DNA of 64,000 bases. It comes from Syntrophales bacterium (GTDB lineage: Bacteria > Desulfobacterota > Syntrophia > Syntrophales > UBA4778). The stretch spans positions 248,001-312,000 of the forward strand of contig CAXXQE010000006.1 of the NCBI GenBank assembly GCA_963665615.2, in the 5' to 3' direction. Both the position numbers and the translations under genes were made by a program. This document shows positions 18,801 to 28,501 of this stretch, piece after piece (within the stretch, counting starts at the first letter, position 1; the number at the start of each line of letters is the position of its first letter). Under the pieces are notes generated by a model. The model did not search any database. It was not told the DNA's origin and saw only the letters and a program-made list of their open reading frames with translations.

Positions 18801-21800
18801 GTCTTGTCTGGGTGTTCCCCACATGCGTGGGGATGAACCGAGCAGATTCATGAGGACGCCCGCATCGATCGCGTGTTCCCCACATGCGTGGGGATGAACC
18901 GACGATATGGTAATCTATCATTTCCGAATTGCGTGTTCCCCACATGCGTGGGGATGAACCGATCGTATTCAGCGCAGCCTTCGCTGATTCAAGGTGTTCC
19001 CCACATGCGTGGGGATGAACCGCCAGCCGAGGCCCATGTCCGGAAGCGGAAAGCGTGTTCCCCACATGCGTGGGGATGAACCGACATTTGGGCGGCCCTC
19101 GGCGTTGCGGTCACGGTGTTCCCCACATGCGTGGGGATGAACCGAATATCAAATTGTGAAAACAACTCCGGGCACAGTGTTCCCCACATGCGTGGGGATG
19201 AACCGAGCTTCGTGGACCGGATGTCTGATGTCAACCTGTGTTCCCCACATGCGTGGGGATGAACCGTGTCGTGTTCTTTTTTTGTTTGGTGGGGGCGGGT
19301 GTTCCCCACATGCGTGGGGATGAACCGTCCGGAACCGGGACGATCCTTTCAGGCGATACGTGTTCCCCACATGCGTGGGGATGAACCGGACAGCCTTTCG
19401 TTGAGCTTCTCGATGGTCTCGTGTTCCCCACATGCGTGGGGATGAACCGTTCGCCTTAAGCGCAGGAGGAACGGGCGTTCCGTGTTCCCCACATGCGTGG
19501 GGATGAACCGGCGGCGACCGACGCGGCGCTAAACAAGCTCCAGTGTTCCCCACATGCGTGGGGATGAACCGATACTCATATTTTTCAGCCGATACGTATT
19601 TCAGTGTTCCCCACATGCGTGGGGATGAACCGCAATTCTGAATAACGTCTGATAACCTCTGTTAGTGTTCCCCACATGCGTGGGGATGAACCGATTTACA
19701 CGGATATGAACACGTCGGCGGTTATGTGTTCCCCACATGCGTGGGGATGAACCGGCCAGAGAGATCAAGGTGGACGAGTTTGGAGAGTGTTCCCCACATG
19801 CGTGGGGATGAACCGAGCGGTTTGCCCAATTTCCCGTTGCTGTAAAAGTGTTCCCCACATGCGTGGGGATGAACCGTAATGATAACGCATACATATACAT
19901 GTTTTTATGTGTTCCCCACATGCGTGGGGATGAACCGCATCTCCTACCGTCTTTCTTTGTGCTTTCTTTGTGTTCCCCACATGCGTGGGGATGAACCGAT
20001 ACTCATATTTTTCAGCCGATACGTATTTCAGTGTTCCCCACATGCGTGGGGATGAACCGCAGGACACGCATGGTTTTCCTGCTACTGCTTAGTGTTCCCC
20101 ACATGCGTGGGGATGAACCGAAGGCCGAAGCAAGCCGAGAGATTTACGAACGGTGTTCCCCACATGCGTGGGGATGAACCGTCAACCTTTGAGTCTGTGG
20201 CATCGATGTATAAGTGTTCCCCACATGCGTGGGGATGAACCGATTTCTGTAGAAATCCCGCCGAGGTCTTGAGGGTGTTCCCCACATGCGTGGGGATGAA
20301 CCGTCCGGCTGGCGTCCGGCAGTCGGATGGCTGGGGTGTTCCCCACATGCGTGGGGATGAACCGTTAATTGTTATGCAATTTACAGTGGACAAAAAGTGT
20401 TCCCCACATGCGTGGGGATGAACCGGTGACAGCCATATCCCAAACAGGCGGCGTGCCGTGTTCCCCACATGCGTGGGGATGAACCGTCGCCAACTGGTTC
20501 GCCTCTGTTACTAATGTTGTGTTCCCCACATGCGTGGGGATGAACCGAACTGCCAGAACTGGTGATCCGATGCCGCCCCGTGTTCCCCACATGCGTGGGG
20601 ATGAACCGGCGTGTAGCTCTGCAATCCTAGTACATAATCAGTGTTCCCCACATGCGTGGGGATGAACCGTCTCGTCATAGCAGTCAACACAATAGCAATC
20701 AGTGTTCCCCACATGCGTGGGGATGAACCGCGGCATCTCTGGCGTCAATAACGTAGCCAACTGTGTTCCCCACATGCGTGGGGATGAACCGGCTCCCACA
20801 GCCTGAGGCCCTGACGCCTGATGGTGTTCCCCACATGCGTGGGGATGAACCGGAACTGTTTCGGGTAAACGCCGCCCGTCCACGGTGTTCCCCACATGCG
20901 TGGGGATGAACCGAAAAGATCACAGATCTCGGTCACGGCTATATGGTGTTCCCCACATGCGTGGGGATGAACCGTATGCATGGATGCAAGACGGCACTGA
21001 AACACGGTGTTCCCCACATGCGTGGGGATGAACCGATGGAGAAACTGTTACCATCCAAGAGCGCCGCGTGTTCCCCACATGCGTGGGGATGAACCGTCCA
21101 GTTATCGCGCCTGATAGAAACAACCCTCGTGTTCCCCACATGCGTGGGGATGAACCGACTTATTGGCGTTTCGCCTTCGTTCATTACCCGTGTTCCCCAC
21201 ATGCGTGGGGATGAACCGCATAACCGTGTCGGGATCCGATGATCCGATTCTGTGTTCCCCACATGCGTGGGATGAACCGACGAAATCAAACGAGGAAAGC
21301 GGGTTGCCAATGTGTTCCCCACATGCGTGGGGATGAACCGCTAATCTCTTGGTTAATGACGGGGAGGCGTCAGTGTTCCCCACATGCGTGGGGATGAACC
21401 GGTCCTCGATGTCCTTGGACTGAATGTCCTTGAGTGTTCCCCACATGCGTGGGGATGAACCGAAGAATGCAGAAAGGAAACTCTCCCTATGGGAGTGTTC
21501 CCCACATGCGTGGGGATGAACCGTTAACCCAGTAGTCAGCAGTAAACCCACTGTAGTGTTCCCCACATGCGTGGGGATGAACCGCGAACCGAGCGCCCGC
21601 TCACCCCATCATAGAAGTGTTCCCCACATGCGTGGGGATGAACCGACAGATCGTTTACCGCTGGTTCACTGAGGGACGTGTTCCCCACATGCGTGGGGAT
21701 GAACCGGAGAGGCACACATGGAAAACACACAGGAAAACGTGTTCCCCACATGCGTGGGGATGAACCGAAAACGCCACGATTCACAGTTATTCTTACAAAG

Positions 21801-22621
21801 TGTTCCCCACATGCGTGGGGATGAACCGGCGATCTCGTTAATCAATCTCCGGTGCGGCTAGTGTTCCCCACATGCGTGGGGATGAACCGATAAAGGCCGT
21901 GAATTCCACATAATCGTTGAAGTGTTCCCCACATGCGTGGGGATGAACCGCAACACTGGTTTGTTATGCCCGTTTCCAGAACGTGTTCCCCACATGCGTG
22001 GGGATGAACCGTCTTGCCACCCTGATATGCCATCGAGCGATTCGTGTTCCCCACATGCGTGGGGATGAACCGGAAACAGGCCGGTGGGCGAAAGCAACAG
22101 CAGAGTGTTCCCCACATGCGTGGGGATGAACCGTGAAATCTGGCTACAGGATTGTGATTGACTGAGTGTTCCCCACATGCGTGGGGATGAACCGGGAATA
22201 TAACGACCACGTTGTGTCTTGTTGGAGTGTTCCCCACATGCGTGGGGATGAACCGAGAACAGGAGAAATCAATCTATGTGTATAATAGTGTTCCCCACAT
22301 GCGTGGGGATGAACCGGCCCAGAGGTCTCCTGTCGTTCTGGGATGCGAGTGTTCCCCACATGCGTGGGGATGAACCGGTCCCATAACCGGATCTTTCCAG
22401 CTCATGGGTGCGTTCCCCACATGCGTGGGGATGAACCGAGCCTCAGGACCACTGAACTGCGCATAGCGAAGCGTTCCCCACATGCGTGGGGATGAACCGA
22501 GATCTATGCGGAGCGGGACAATTCGCAGGAGGCGTTCCCCACATGCGTGGGGATGAACCGCTCTACAGCGGCGCTACCCATGGCGCGAAAACGCGTTCCC
22601 CACATGCGTGGGGATGAACCG
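15824..22621 (+). CRISPR. Type I-E CRISPR array: repeat GTGTTCCCCACATGCGTGGGGATGAACCG (29 bp), 112 repeats / 111 spacers (mostly 32 bp)
   Basis: 61-bp periodicity followed from 15824 to 22593. Repeat hairpin TCCCCAC/GTGGGGA. Last four repeats start GCG, one repeat is 28 bp (21252), two spacers are 31 nt and one is 33 nt. Confidence 0.99.
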
Positions 22622-22652
22622 GCGCGCCCCTCGCGGGCGCGTGGATTGAAAC
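22621..22652 (+). CRISPR. Single orphan type I-C-like repeat GGCGCGCCCCTCGCGGGCGCGTGGATTGAAAC (32 bp)
   Basis: 7-bp stem CGCGCCC/GGGCGCG and 3' TGGATTGAAAC handle typical of I-C repeats. Shares its first G with the last I-E repeat. Confidence 0.85.
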
Positions 22653-22719
22653 TGCCTTTTCTATTCCCAATCGAACACCGGGCTACTGAAAAATTTTTTA
22701 AACGCCTGTCATTTTTTTG

Positions 22720-22753
22720 TTGACAAATTTTCTTACTGTGAATATTATCACAG
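22720..22753 (+). promoter_or_regulatory. sigma70 promoter of rex overlapped by a Rex box
   Basis: TTGACA 22720-22725, 17 nt, TATTAT 22743-22748. CTGTGAATATTATCACAG at 22736-22753 fits GTGAA-N4-TTCAC with one mismatch. Confidence 0.8.
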
Positions 22754-22786
22754 CTAACAAAGCCACGATGGAAATGGTTAGGCGTT

Positions 22787-23449
22787 ATGAAACACAAATC
22801 CATTGACAACACGGGGAAGAAAATCTCCCTACAAACCGTTGAGCGACTCAGCGTTTACCGCAAGGTTCTCGAAGAGCTTCACCGCAACGGCGTAGAATAC
22901 ATCTACTCCCATCAGTTGGCCGACCTGGTCCACGTCAGTTCCGCACAGTTACGCCGCGACCTCGCCACATTTGGATCTTTTGGAAATATTTCAAAAGGTT
23001 ATCCGGTCTATCCCATGATTCTCACCCTGAGCAAACTCTTCGGCACGGACACCCTCCAGAATGTCGCCCTTTTCGGTGCGGGCAACCTGGGACGTGCCCT
23101 GCTCTACTACAGGGGTTTCGAGGAGAGGGGATTCCGCATCTCTGTGATCTTCGATGTCGATCCCGACAAGGTCGGCCGAGTGCTGGCGGGACGCCGCTGC
23201 TATCATGAGCGGGAACTGGAAAAAGTCCTGCCGGAATTCGGCGTCACAATCGCCATTCTGGCTTGTGGACCGGAAAACCTCCCAGCCCTGGCGACCCGAC
23301 TCGGCAAGGCGGGCGTCCGGGGGATTCTCAACTTTGTACCTAGGCAACTACCTGACATTAAAGCTGTTTATACGGAAAATATCGACATCTCAGCAAAAAT
23401 GGAAAAACTCTCTTTCCTCAATCGATTTGGAGAGAACGGGAATAGTTAA
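22787..23449 (+). CDS. rex: Redox-sensing transcriptional repressor Rex
   Basis: TVERLSVY, SHQLA...SAQLRRDLATFGSFG..KGY winged helix, Rossmann GAGNLGRALLYYRGF, GILNFVP. Confidence 0.93.
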   Translation: MKHKSIDNTGKKISLQTVERLSVYRKVLEELHRNGVEYIYSHQLADLVHVSSAQLRRDLATFGSFGNISKGYPVYPMILTLSKLFGTDTLQNVALFGAGNLGRALLYYRGFEERGFRISVIFDVDPDKVGRVLAGRRCYHERELEKVLPEFGVTIAILACGPENLPALATRLGKAGVRGILNFVPRQLPDIKAVYTENIDISAKMEKLSFLNRFGENGNS

Positions 23450-23465
23450 TTTTTTTCGTAAGATA

Positions 23466-23483
23466 TTGTGAATATTTTCACTG
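23466..23483 (+). promoter_or_regulatory. Rex box upstream of the receiver-hydrogenase operon
   Basis: TTGTGAATATTTTCACTG matches TTGTGAA-N4-TTCACAA except at the last two bases. AT-rich intergenic context. Confidence 0.8.
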
Positions 23484-23541
23484 TGTATTTATTATCAGAA
23501 CATTATTTGAACAAACTAATACAACAGAAAGGGGTACGGCC

Positions 23542-23958
23542 ATGACTAAGGAAAAGGGAAACATCTTGCTGATCGACGACGACAGCGACTTTGTTCTTTC
23601 GACAAAAACATTTCTGCAGGGACGGGGCTATACGGTCGATACGGCCGCCAATGGCACCGAGGGATGGGATAAGATCACGGTAGGCAAGACCGATCTGATC
23701 CTCCTCGACATCATGATGGACTATGACGCGGAGGGTTTCAACCTGGCTTACAAGTTGCAACAGGACAGCCTCCGGCGCGCCATCCCCGTTTTGATCGTTT
23801 CGGGCTTCTCACAGCACCTTCAGGAGAAGATGGACAAATTCCAGTTCGTTTTGGGACAGGACTGGCCGGCGGAAGCTCTCATTGAAAAACCGGTGGACTT
23901 GAAGGCGCTGGCCGACAAGATCGACCGCGTTCTGGCGGCTAAGCGCGCCGCGGCATAA
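23542..23958 (+). CDS. Stand-alone response regulator receiver
   Basis: ILLIDDD, DLILLDIMM, VLIVS, IEKP. Confidence 0.9.
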   Translation: MTKEKGNILLIDDDSDFVLSTKTFLQGRGYTVDTAANGTEGWDKITVGKTDLILLDIMMDYDAEGFNLAYKLQQDSLRRAIPVLIVSGFSQHLQEKMDKFQFVLGQDWPAEALIEKPVDLKALADKIDRVLAAKRAAA

Positions 23959-23988
23959 GACAATTGATTGAAAGACAGGAGAATCGTT

Positions 23989-24477
23989 ATGCGTACAGTT
24001 GAAGAAGTCATTGCGGAACATACGCCGCTCACGCTGGACAGCCTGATCCCGGTTCTGCAAGACGTACAGACAGAAAACGGATATCTCTCCGAGGAAGCGA
24101 TGGAGGAGATTTCCGGTCTGGTCGGCGTGCCGGTCAGCCGGGTTTACGGGGTCGCCACGTTTTATAAACAGTTCCGCTTCGCCCCCCTGGGCGAGCATGT
24201 CATCGAGGTCTGCCGCGGAACGGCCTGCCACGTCAAGGGCAGCCTGGCGATCTTGGACCACCTGAAAAAACGGCTCAGATTGAGACCGGACGGCAATTCG
24301 GCGGACGGCAGGTTTTCGGTCATCACGGTGGCCTGTATCGGGGCGTGCTCGATTGCGCCGGTTGTCAAAATGGACGGTGAGTTCTATGGTCACCTGACGA
24401 TCCAGAAGCTGGACGCCCTGATCGACGAGGCGATTGCGGAACCCGACCTGGCGGCTGCCGCGGGAGGTGCGCAATGA
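23989..24477 (+). CDS. hydC: NuoE-like [2Fe-2S] subunit (HydC) of a trimeric [FeFe]-hydrogenase
   Basis: LIPVLQDVQ, GVATFY, VCRGTACHVKG, ACIGACSIAP. AGGAG RBS. Confidence 0.92.
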   Translation: MRTVEEVIAEHTPLTLDSLIPVLQDVQTENGYLSEEAMEEISGLVGVPVSRVYGVATFYKQFRFAPLGEHVIEVCRGTACHVKGSLAILDHLKKRLRLRPDGNSADGRFSVITVACIGACSIAPVVKMDGEFYGHLTIQKLDALIDEAIAEPDLAAAAGGAQ

Positions 24478-26498
24478 GACCGATTCAACTCATCGCAGCC
24501 TGCTGCGCCAAATGTACCCATACAGCAGCAACACCCTGTCGTCGTCTGATCGAGTGCGTTTCCGCAGGACCACTGTGTCACGAGGATGCGCGTTGCAGCG
24601 AAACGAGACAACAACGGCTGGCCTTGGCCCGTCGCGGCGGAGAAAACCTGCTGGTCTTTATTGGCACGGGCACCTGCGGCCTGGCCAACGGCGCGGCCCG
24701 GATCATGAATACGATGCGGACCTTCTTCGCCCATAATGCCATTCGGGCGACGATCATCGAGGTCGGTTGCGTTGGCTACTGCCAGCGCGAGGTCTTCGTC
24801 GATATTCAGAAAGGCACGGCGCCGCGGCTCTCTTACTGCGATCTGACGCCGGAAAATATCGGCGAGTGGCTCGACGAAGTCTTTCTGAAAGACAACTTGA
24901 AGAATCGCTTCCTGCTCGGACGCTGGGACGACGGCGACGGCGCTATGGGCGATCTGCCCCTTATGAACGACACGCCTTTTTTCAAGCATCAGCAGAAGAT
25001 CGTGCTCGATAACTGCGGACGTATCGATCCGTCCTCCCTGGATGCGGCGCTCGCAAACGGCGCCTTCAAAGCGGCCAGCCGGGCGCTTCACACGATGACG
25101 CCGGCCGAGGTCTGCGACACCATGCTGGCATCAGGACTCCGTGGACGCGGCGGTGCGGGATTCCCGACCGGCCAGAAATGGCGCGTGGCGCACGACCAGG
25201 TAAGCGCCGAGAAATACATCATCTGCAACGCCGACGAGGGCGACCCCGGAGCCTTTATGGACCGGGCGATTCTGGAAGGCGACCCTTTCCGGGTTCTCGA
25301 AGGACTCTTGATCGGCGCTTACGCCATCGGCGCCTCCAAGGGCTATATATACTGCCGCGCCGAATACCCGCTGGCGCTGCTGCGACTCCGTGAGGCCATC
25401 GAGCAGTGTCATCAGGCAGGCCTTTTGGGCCAGAATATTCTCGACAGCCTCTTTTCCTTCGATATCAAGATCAAGCAGGGCGCCGGCGCCTTCGTCTGCG
25501 GCGAAGAAACGGCCATCCTCGCGAGCATAGAGGGCGGACGAGGCATGCCCCGCCCCCGCCCCCCCTTCCCGGCGGTGAGCGGTCTTCACGGCAAACCCAC
25601 GGTTCTGAACAATGTCGAAACGCTGGCCAATGTGCCGGTCGTCATCGACAAGGGGGTGGACTGGTTCAAGGCGATCGGCACGGGCGCCAGCACCGGCACC
25701 AAGGTCTTCGCCCTGAGCGGCAAGATCCGCAACACGGGACTCGTCGAAGTGCCCATCGGCATTGAACTCAGGAAGATCATCTACGATATCGGCGGCGGCG
25801 CCTTTGCCGGCCACGACATCAAGGCCGTTCAAATCGGCGGCCCCAGCGGCGGCTGCATCCCGAAGGCTCATCTGGCGGTCAGCGTCGATTATGCGCCGCT
25901 CCTGCAATTAGGCGCCATGATGGGATCGGGCGGTATGGTTGTCATGGACGAAGAGTCCTGCATGGTCGATGTCGCGAAGTTCTTCATGGAGTTCATTCGC
26001 AACGAATCGTGCGGCAAATGCGCACCCTGTCGCGAGGGAACGATCCGGATGCACGAGATCCTGGCGAGCCTGACGGAGAAACCCGTGGGAGACGAGCTCA
26101 AACGGTTGGAGCGTTTTCAGAGCATCCTCTTCCTGGAGGAGCTGGGGCGGACGGTCAAGGAGACTTCCCTGTGCGGCCTCGGGCAGTCTGCGGCCAATCC
26201 GGTTCTGAGCACGCTTCGTTTCTTCCGGGATGAATACGAGGCCCATGTCCTGGAAAACCGGTGCCCGGCGGGCGCCTGCCAGGGGCTCAAGAGTTTCGCG
26301 ATCGACACGGCCCTCTGTACCGGCTGTACCTTGTGCAGCAAAAAATGTCCGAACGACGCCATCGTCGGCGAACGCAAGCAGGCGCACTACATCCTCATGG
26401 ACAAGTGCATCGGCTGCGGCGCCTGTGTGGAGGCCTGCCGACAGAATGCGGTCTATGAATTTAAAAGCGATCGGGTGCCCGCGGCGGCGGCCAGTTAA
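24474..26498 (+). CDS. hydB: NuoF-like FMN/NAD-binding subunit (HydB) with N-terminal Cys-rich extension, thioredoxin-like [2Fe-2S] domain and C-terminal 2x[4Fe-4S]
   Basis: SGLRGRGGAGFPTG, NADEGDPGAFMDR, GAFVCGEET, NNVET, GGPSGG, ESCGKCAPCREG, SLCGLG and two CxxCxxCxxxC motifs. Confidence 0.93.
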   Translation: MRPIQLIAACCAKCTHTAATPCRRLIECVSAGPLCHEDARCSETRQQRLALARRGGENLLVFIGTGTCGLANGAARIMNTMRTFFAHNAIRATIIEVGCVGYCQREVFVDIQKGTAPRLSYCDLTPENIGEWLDEVFLKDNLKNRFLLGRWDDGDGAMGDLPLMNDTPFFKHQQKIVLDNCGRIDPSSLDAALANGAFKAASRALHTMTPAEVCDTMLASGLRGRGGAGFPTGQKWRVAHDQVSAEKYIICNADEGDPGAFMDRAILEGDPFRVLEGLLIGAYAIGASKGYIYCRAEYPLALLRLREAIEQCHQAGLLGQNILDSLFSFDIKIKQGAGAFVCGEETAILASIEGGRGMPRPRPPFPAVSGLHGKPTVLNNVETLANVPVVIDKGVDWFKAIGTGASTGTKVFALSGKIRNTGLVEVPIGIELRKIIYDIGGGAFAGHDIKAVQIGGPSGGCIPKAHLAVSVDYAPLLQLGAMMGSGGMVVMDEESCMVDVAKFFMEFIRNESCGKCAPCREGTIRMHEILASLTEKPVGDELKRLERFQSILFLEELGRTVKETSLCGLGQSAANPVLSTLRFFRDEYEAHVLENRCPAGACQGLKSFAIDTALCTGCTLCSKKCPNDAIVGERKQAHYILMDKCIGCGACVEACRQNAVYEFKSDRVPAAAAS

Positions 26499-26546
26499 AC
26501 CGGCGAACCGTGAACCTCAACGTGCCTGCGAAAGGCGGCACGCATT

Positions 26547-26630
26547 GAATTCTTCAGCGAGCGCATAAGGACAAAACATATACATTGGGAATCGGAGATT
26601 CGCCGGAGCTTGCTCCGGTGAGTCTTCAAT
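26547..26630. repeat. Dispersed hairpin element between hydB and hydA
   Basis: Ungapped similarity to 44547-44630. Hairpin ATCGGAGATTCGCCGGAG-CTTG-CTCCGGTGAGTCTTCAAT. First 20 nt are the exact reverse complement of 53986-54005. Confidence 0.8.
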
Positions 26631-26648
26631 AGAAAAGGAACAGAGACG

Positions 26649-28358
26649 ATGATTACCATCAATGATAAACAGATCGAATGGAGGCCCGACGAAACCATTC
26701 TTCAGACGGCCAAACGGGCCGGCATCGATATCCCGCATCTATGCGCCTTTGACGGGGCGCCAACGTCTCCCGGCGCCTGCCGGCTCTGCATGGTGGAGGT
26801 GGACAATCTGCCGCGCCTGCAAACGAGCTGCACGACGATCGCCCAGGACGGCATGGTCGTGCGCACCCACACGCCGCGCATCCAGGCCGCGCGACGCAAT
26901 ATCGTGGAGTTACTTCTGGCAAGCCACCCCGACGATTGCCTCTTCTGCCCGCGCAACGGCAACTGTGAACTGGCCGTGCTCGCCTCTGAGATGGGCATTC
27001 GCAGACGGCGTTATTCGGGGAGAAAGAAAACGCATCCCATCGATATTTCCTCGCCGTCGATCGTTCGCGAACCCAGCAAGTGCATCCTCTGCGGCCGTTG
27101 CGTAACGGTATGCCACAACGCGCAGGGCGTGGGCGCCATCGACTTTACGGCGCGCGGCTTCGACACCCGCATCGATCCCGGATTTTACAAGGGACTCAAT
27201 GTGTCGGGCTGCATCTTCTGCGGTCAGTGTGTTCGCGTCTGTCCCACAGGGGCGCTGACGGAGAAAAATCACGTGGACGATGTCATCAAGGCCCTGGCCG
27301 ATCCCAACCAGATGGTCGTCGCCCAGGTTGCCCCGGCAGTGCCGGCTACTTTGATGGAAGACGCCGAATCCAAGTCGATCGTCGATATGCTGGAGATCCT
27401 CTCGGCGTCGTTGCGCCGGATCGGTTTCGAGGCGGTCTTCGACACCTCCTTTACAGCAGACCTGACGATCATGGAAGAGGTTTCGGAGTTGATCGAACGG
27501 GTGAAGACGGGAGGCGCTCTGCCGATGTTCACCAGCTGCTCGCCCGGCTGGGTCCGCTACGTAGAACTCCATAAACCGGAATTGATTCCGCACCTGTCCA
27601 CTTGCAAGTCGCCGCAGCAGATGGCGGGCGCGCTCATCAAAGAACTCTATCCCAAGCAGGTCGATCTCAAGGGGCGCCGGATCTATTCTGTTTCGATCAT
27701 GCCCTGCACTGCCAAGAAGTATGAGGCGCAGGACCTGGGCGACGTCGATGCCGTGCTCACCACGCGAGAGCTGAAGGAACTCCTGGAGCGCTTCGGCACC
27801 TCCCTGGCAGCGACGGCGGAGCGGGCGCCTCTGGACGTTCCCTTCGCAGAAGCGACCGGCGCGGGACGGATCTTCGGGGCAACGGGCGGTGTCATGGAAG
27901 CAGCTATCCGTACAGCACACAAGCTCCTGACCGGCGAAGAATTGAAGGACGGCCCGAAGATCGCGCCGGCCCGCGGGCTGGACAGCCTGAAGGTCTTCTC
28001 GCTGGATGTCGGCGGCACAACGCTCAACTTCGCGGTCGTCAACGGCCTGGGAGAAGTAAAAACACTTCTGGCCTCGATGGGCGACGACAAGCCGGCGCTG
28101 CACTTCATCGAAGTGATGACCTGCCCTGGCGGTTGCGCGGGCGGCGGCGGACAGCCCTATCAAACCAACCTGGACGGGATCAAAAAGCGGTTGCAACGGC
28201 TCTACGACGTGGACCGCAAGGCGTCCAGCAGGCTGTCGCATGAAAACGAGCAGGTCAAGGCGCTGTATGCGTCGGTCCTGGGCAAGCCGTTGAGCCACGT
28301 CAGTCACCGGCTGTTGCACCGCCGCTACATCGACCGGAAACACACTGAAAGGCTCTAG
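26649..28358 (+). CDS. hydA: [FeFe]-hydrogenase catalytic subunit (HydA, group A3-type)
   Basis: N-terminal [2Fe-2S] (GACRLCMVE), HPDDCLFCPRNGNC, two ferredoxin motifs. H-cluster motifs FTSCSPGW, MPCTAKKYE, EVMTCPGGCAGGGG. FGATGGVMEAA. Confidence 0.96.
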   Translation: MITINDKQIEWRPDETILQTAKRAGIDIPHLCAFDGAPTSPGACRLCMVEVDNLPRLQTSCTTIAQDGMVVRTHTPRIQAARRNIVELLLASHPDDCLFCPRNGNCELAVLASEMGIRRRRYSGRKKTHPIDISSPSIVREPSKCILCGRCVTVCHNAQGVGAIDFTARGFDTRIDPGFYKGLNVSGCIFCGQCVRVCPTGALTEKNHVDDVIKALADPNQMVVAQVAPAVPATLMEDAESKSIVDMLEILSASLRRIGFEAVFDTSFTADLTIMEEVSELIERVKTGGALPMFTSCSPGWVRYVELHKPELIPHLSTCKSPQQMAGALIKELYPKQVDLKGRRIYSVSIMPCTAKKYEAQDLGDVDAVLTTRELKELLERFGTSLAATAERAPLDVPFAEATGAGRIFGATGGVMEAAIRTAHKLLTGEELKDGPKIAPARGLDSLKVFSLDVGGTTLNFAVVNGLGEVKTLLASMGDDKPALHFIEVMTCPGGCAGGGGQPYQTNLDGIKKRLQRLYDVDRKASSRLSHENEQVKALYASVLGKPLSHVSHRLLHRRYIDRKHTERL

Positions 28359-28387
28359 AATATCGTTTTTTAAATACCGTTGTTTCA

Positions 28388-28451
28388 TGTTATTTCGAGC
28401 GTAGCGAGAAATCTGCATCAGTACGAGATATCTCCCTCCGGTCGATATGAC
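28388..28451. repeat. Second, degenerate copy of the GTCATTTCGA..GAGAAATCT..AGATTTCTC..TCGAAATGAC palindromic element
   Basis: tgttatttcga...gagaaatct...agatatctc...tcgatatgac. Same nested layout as 2698-2778. Confidence 0.7.
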
Positions 28452-28501
28452 CGCTTATTTCTGGAACGATCTAGTAGTCGATTGACACGCACGAGGGCAT
28501 C

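Noticed and set aside
15746..22812. Dozens of ORFs with repeated GSSPRMWGT / [10 protein letters not shown] / VHPHACGEH peptides
   Set aside because: They are translations of the CRISPR repeat in different frames, not genes.
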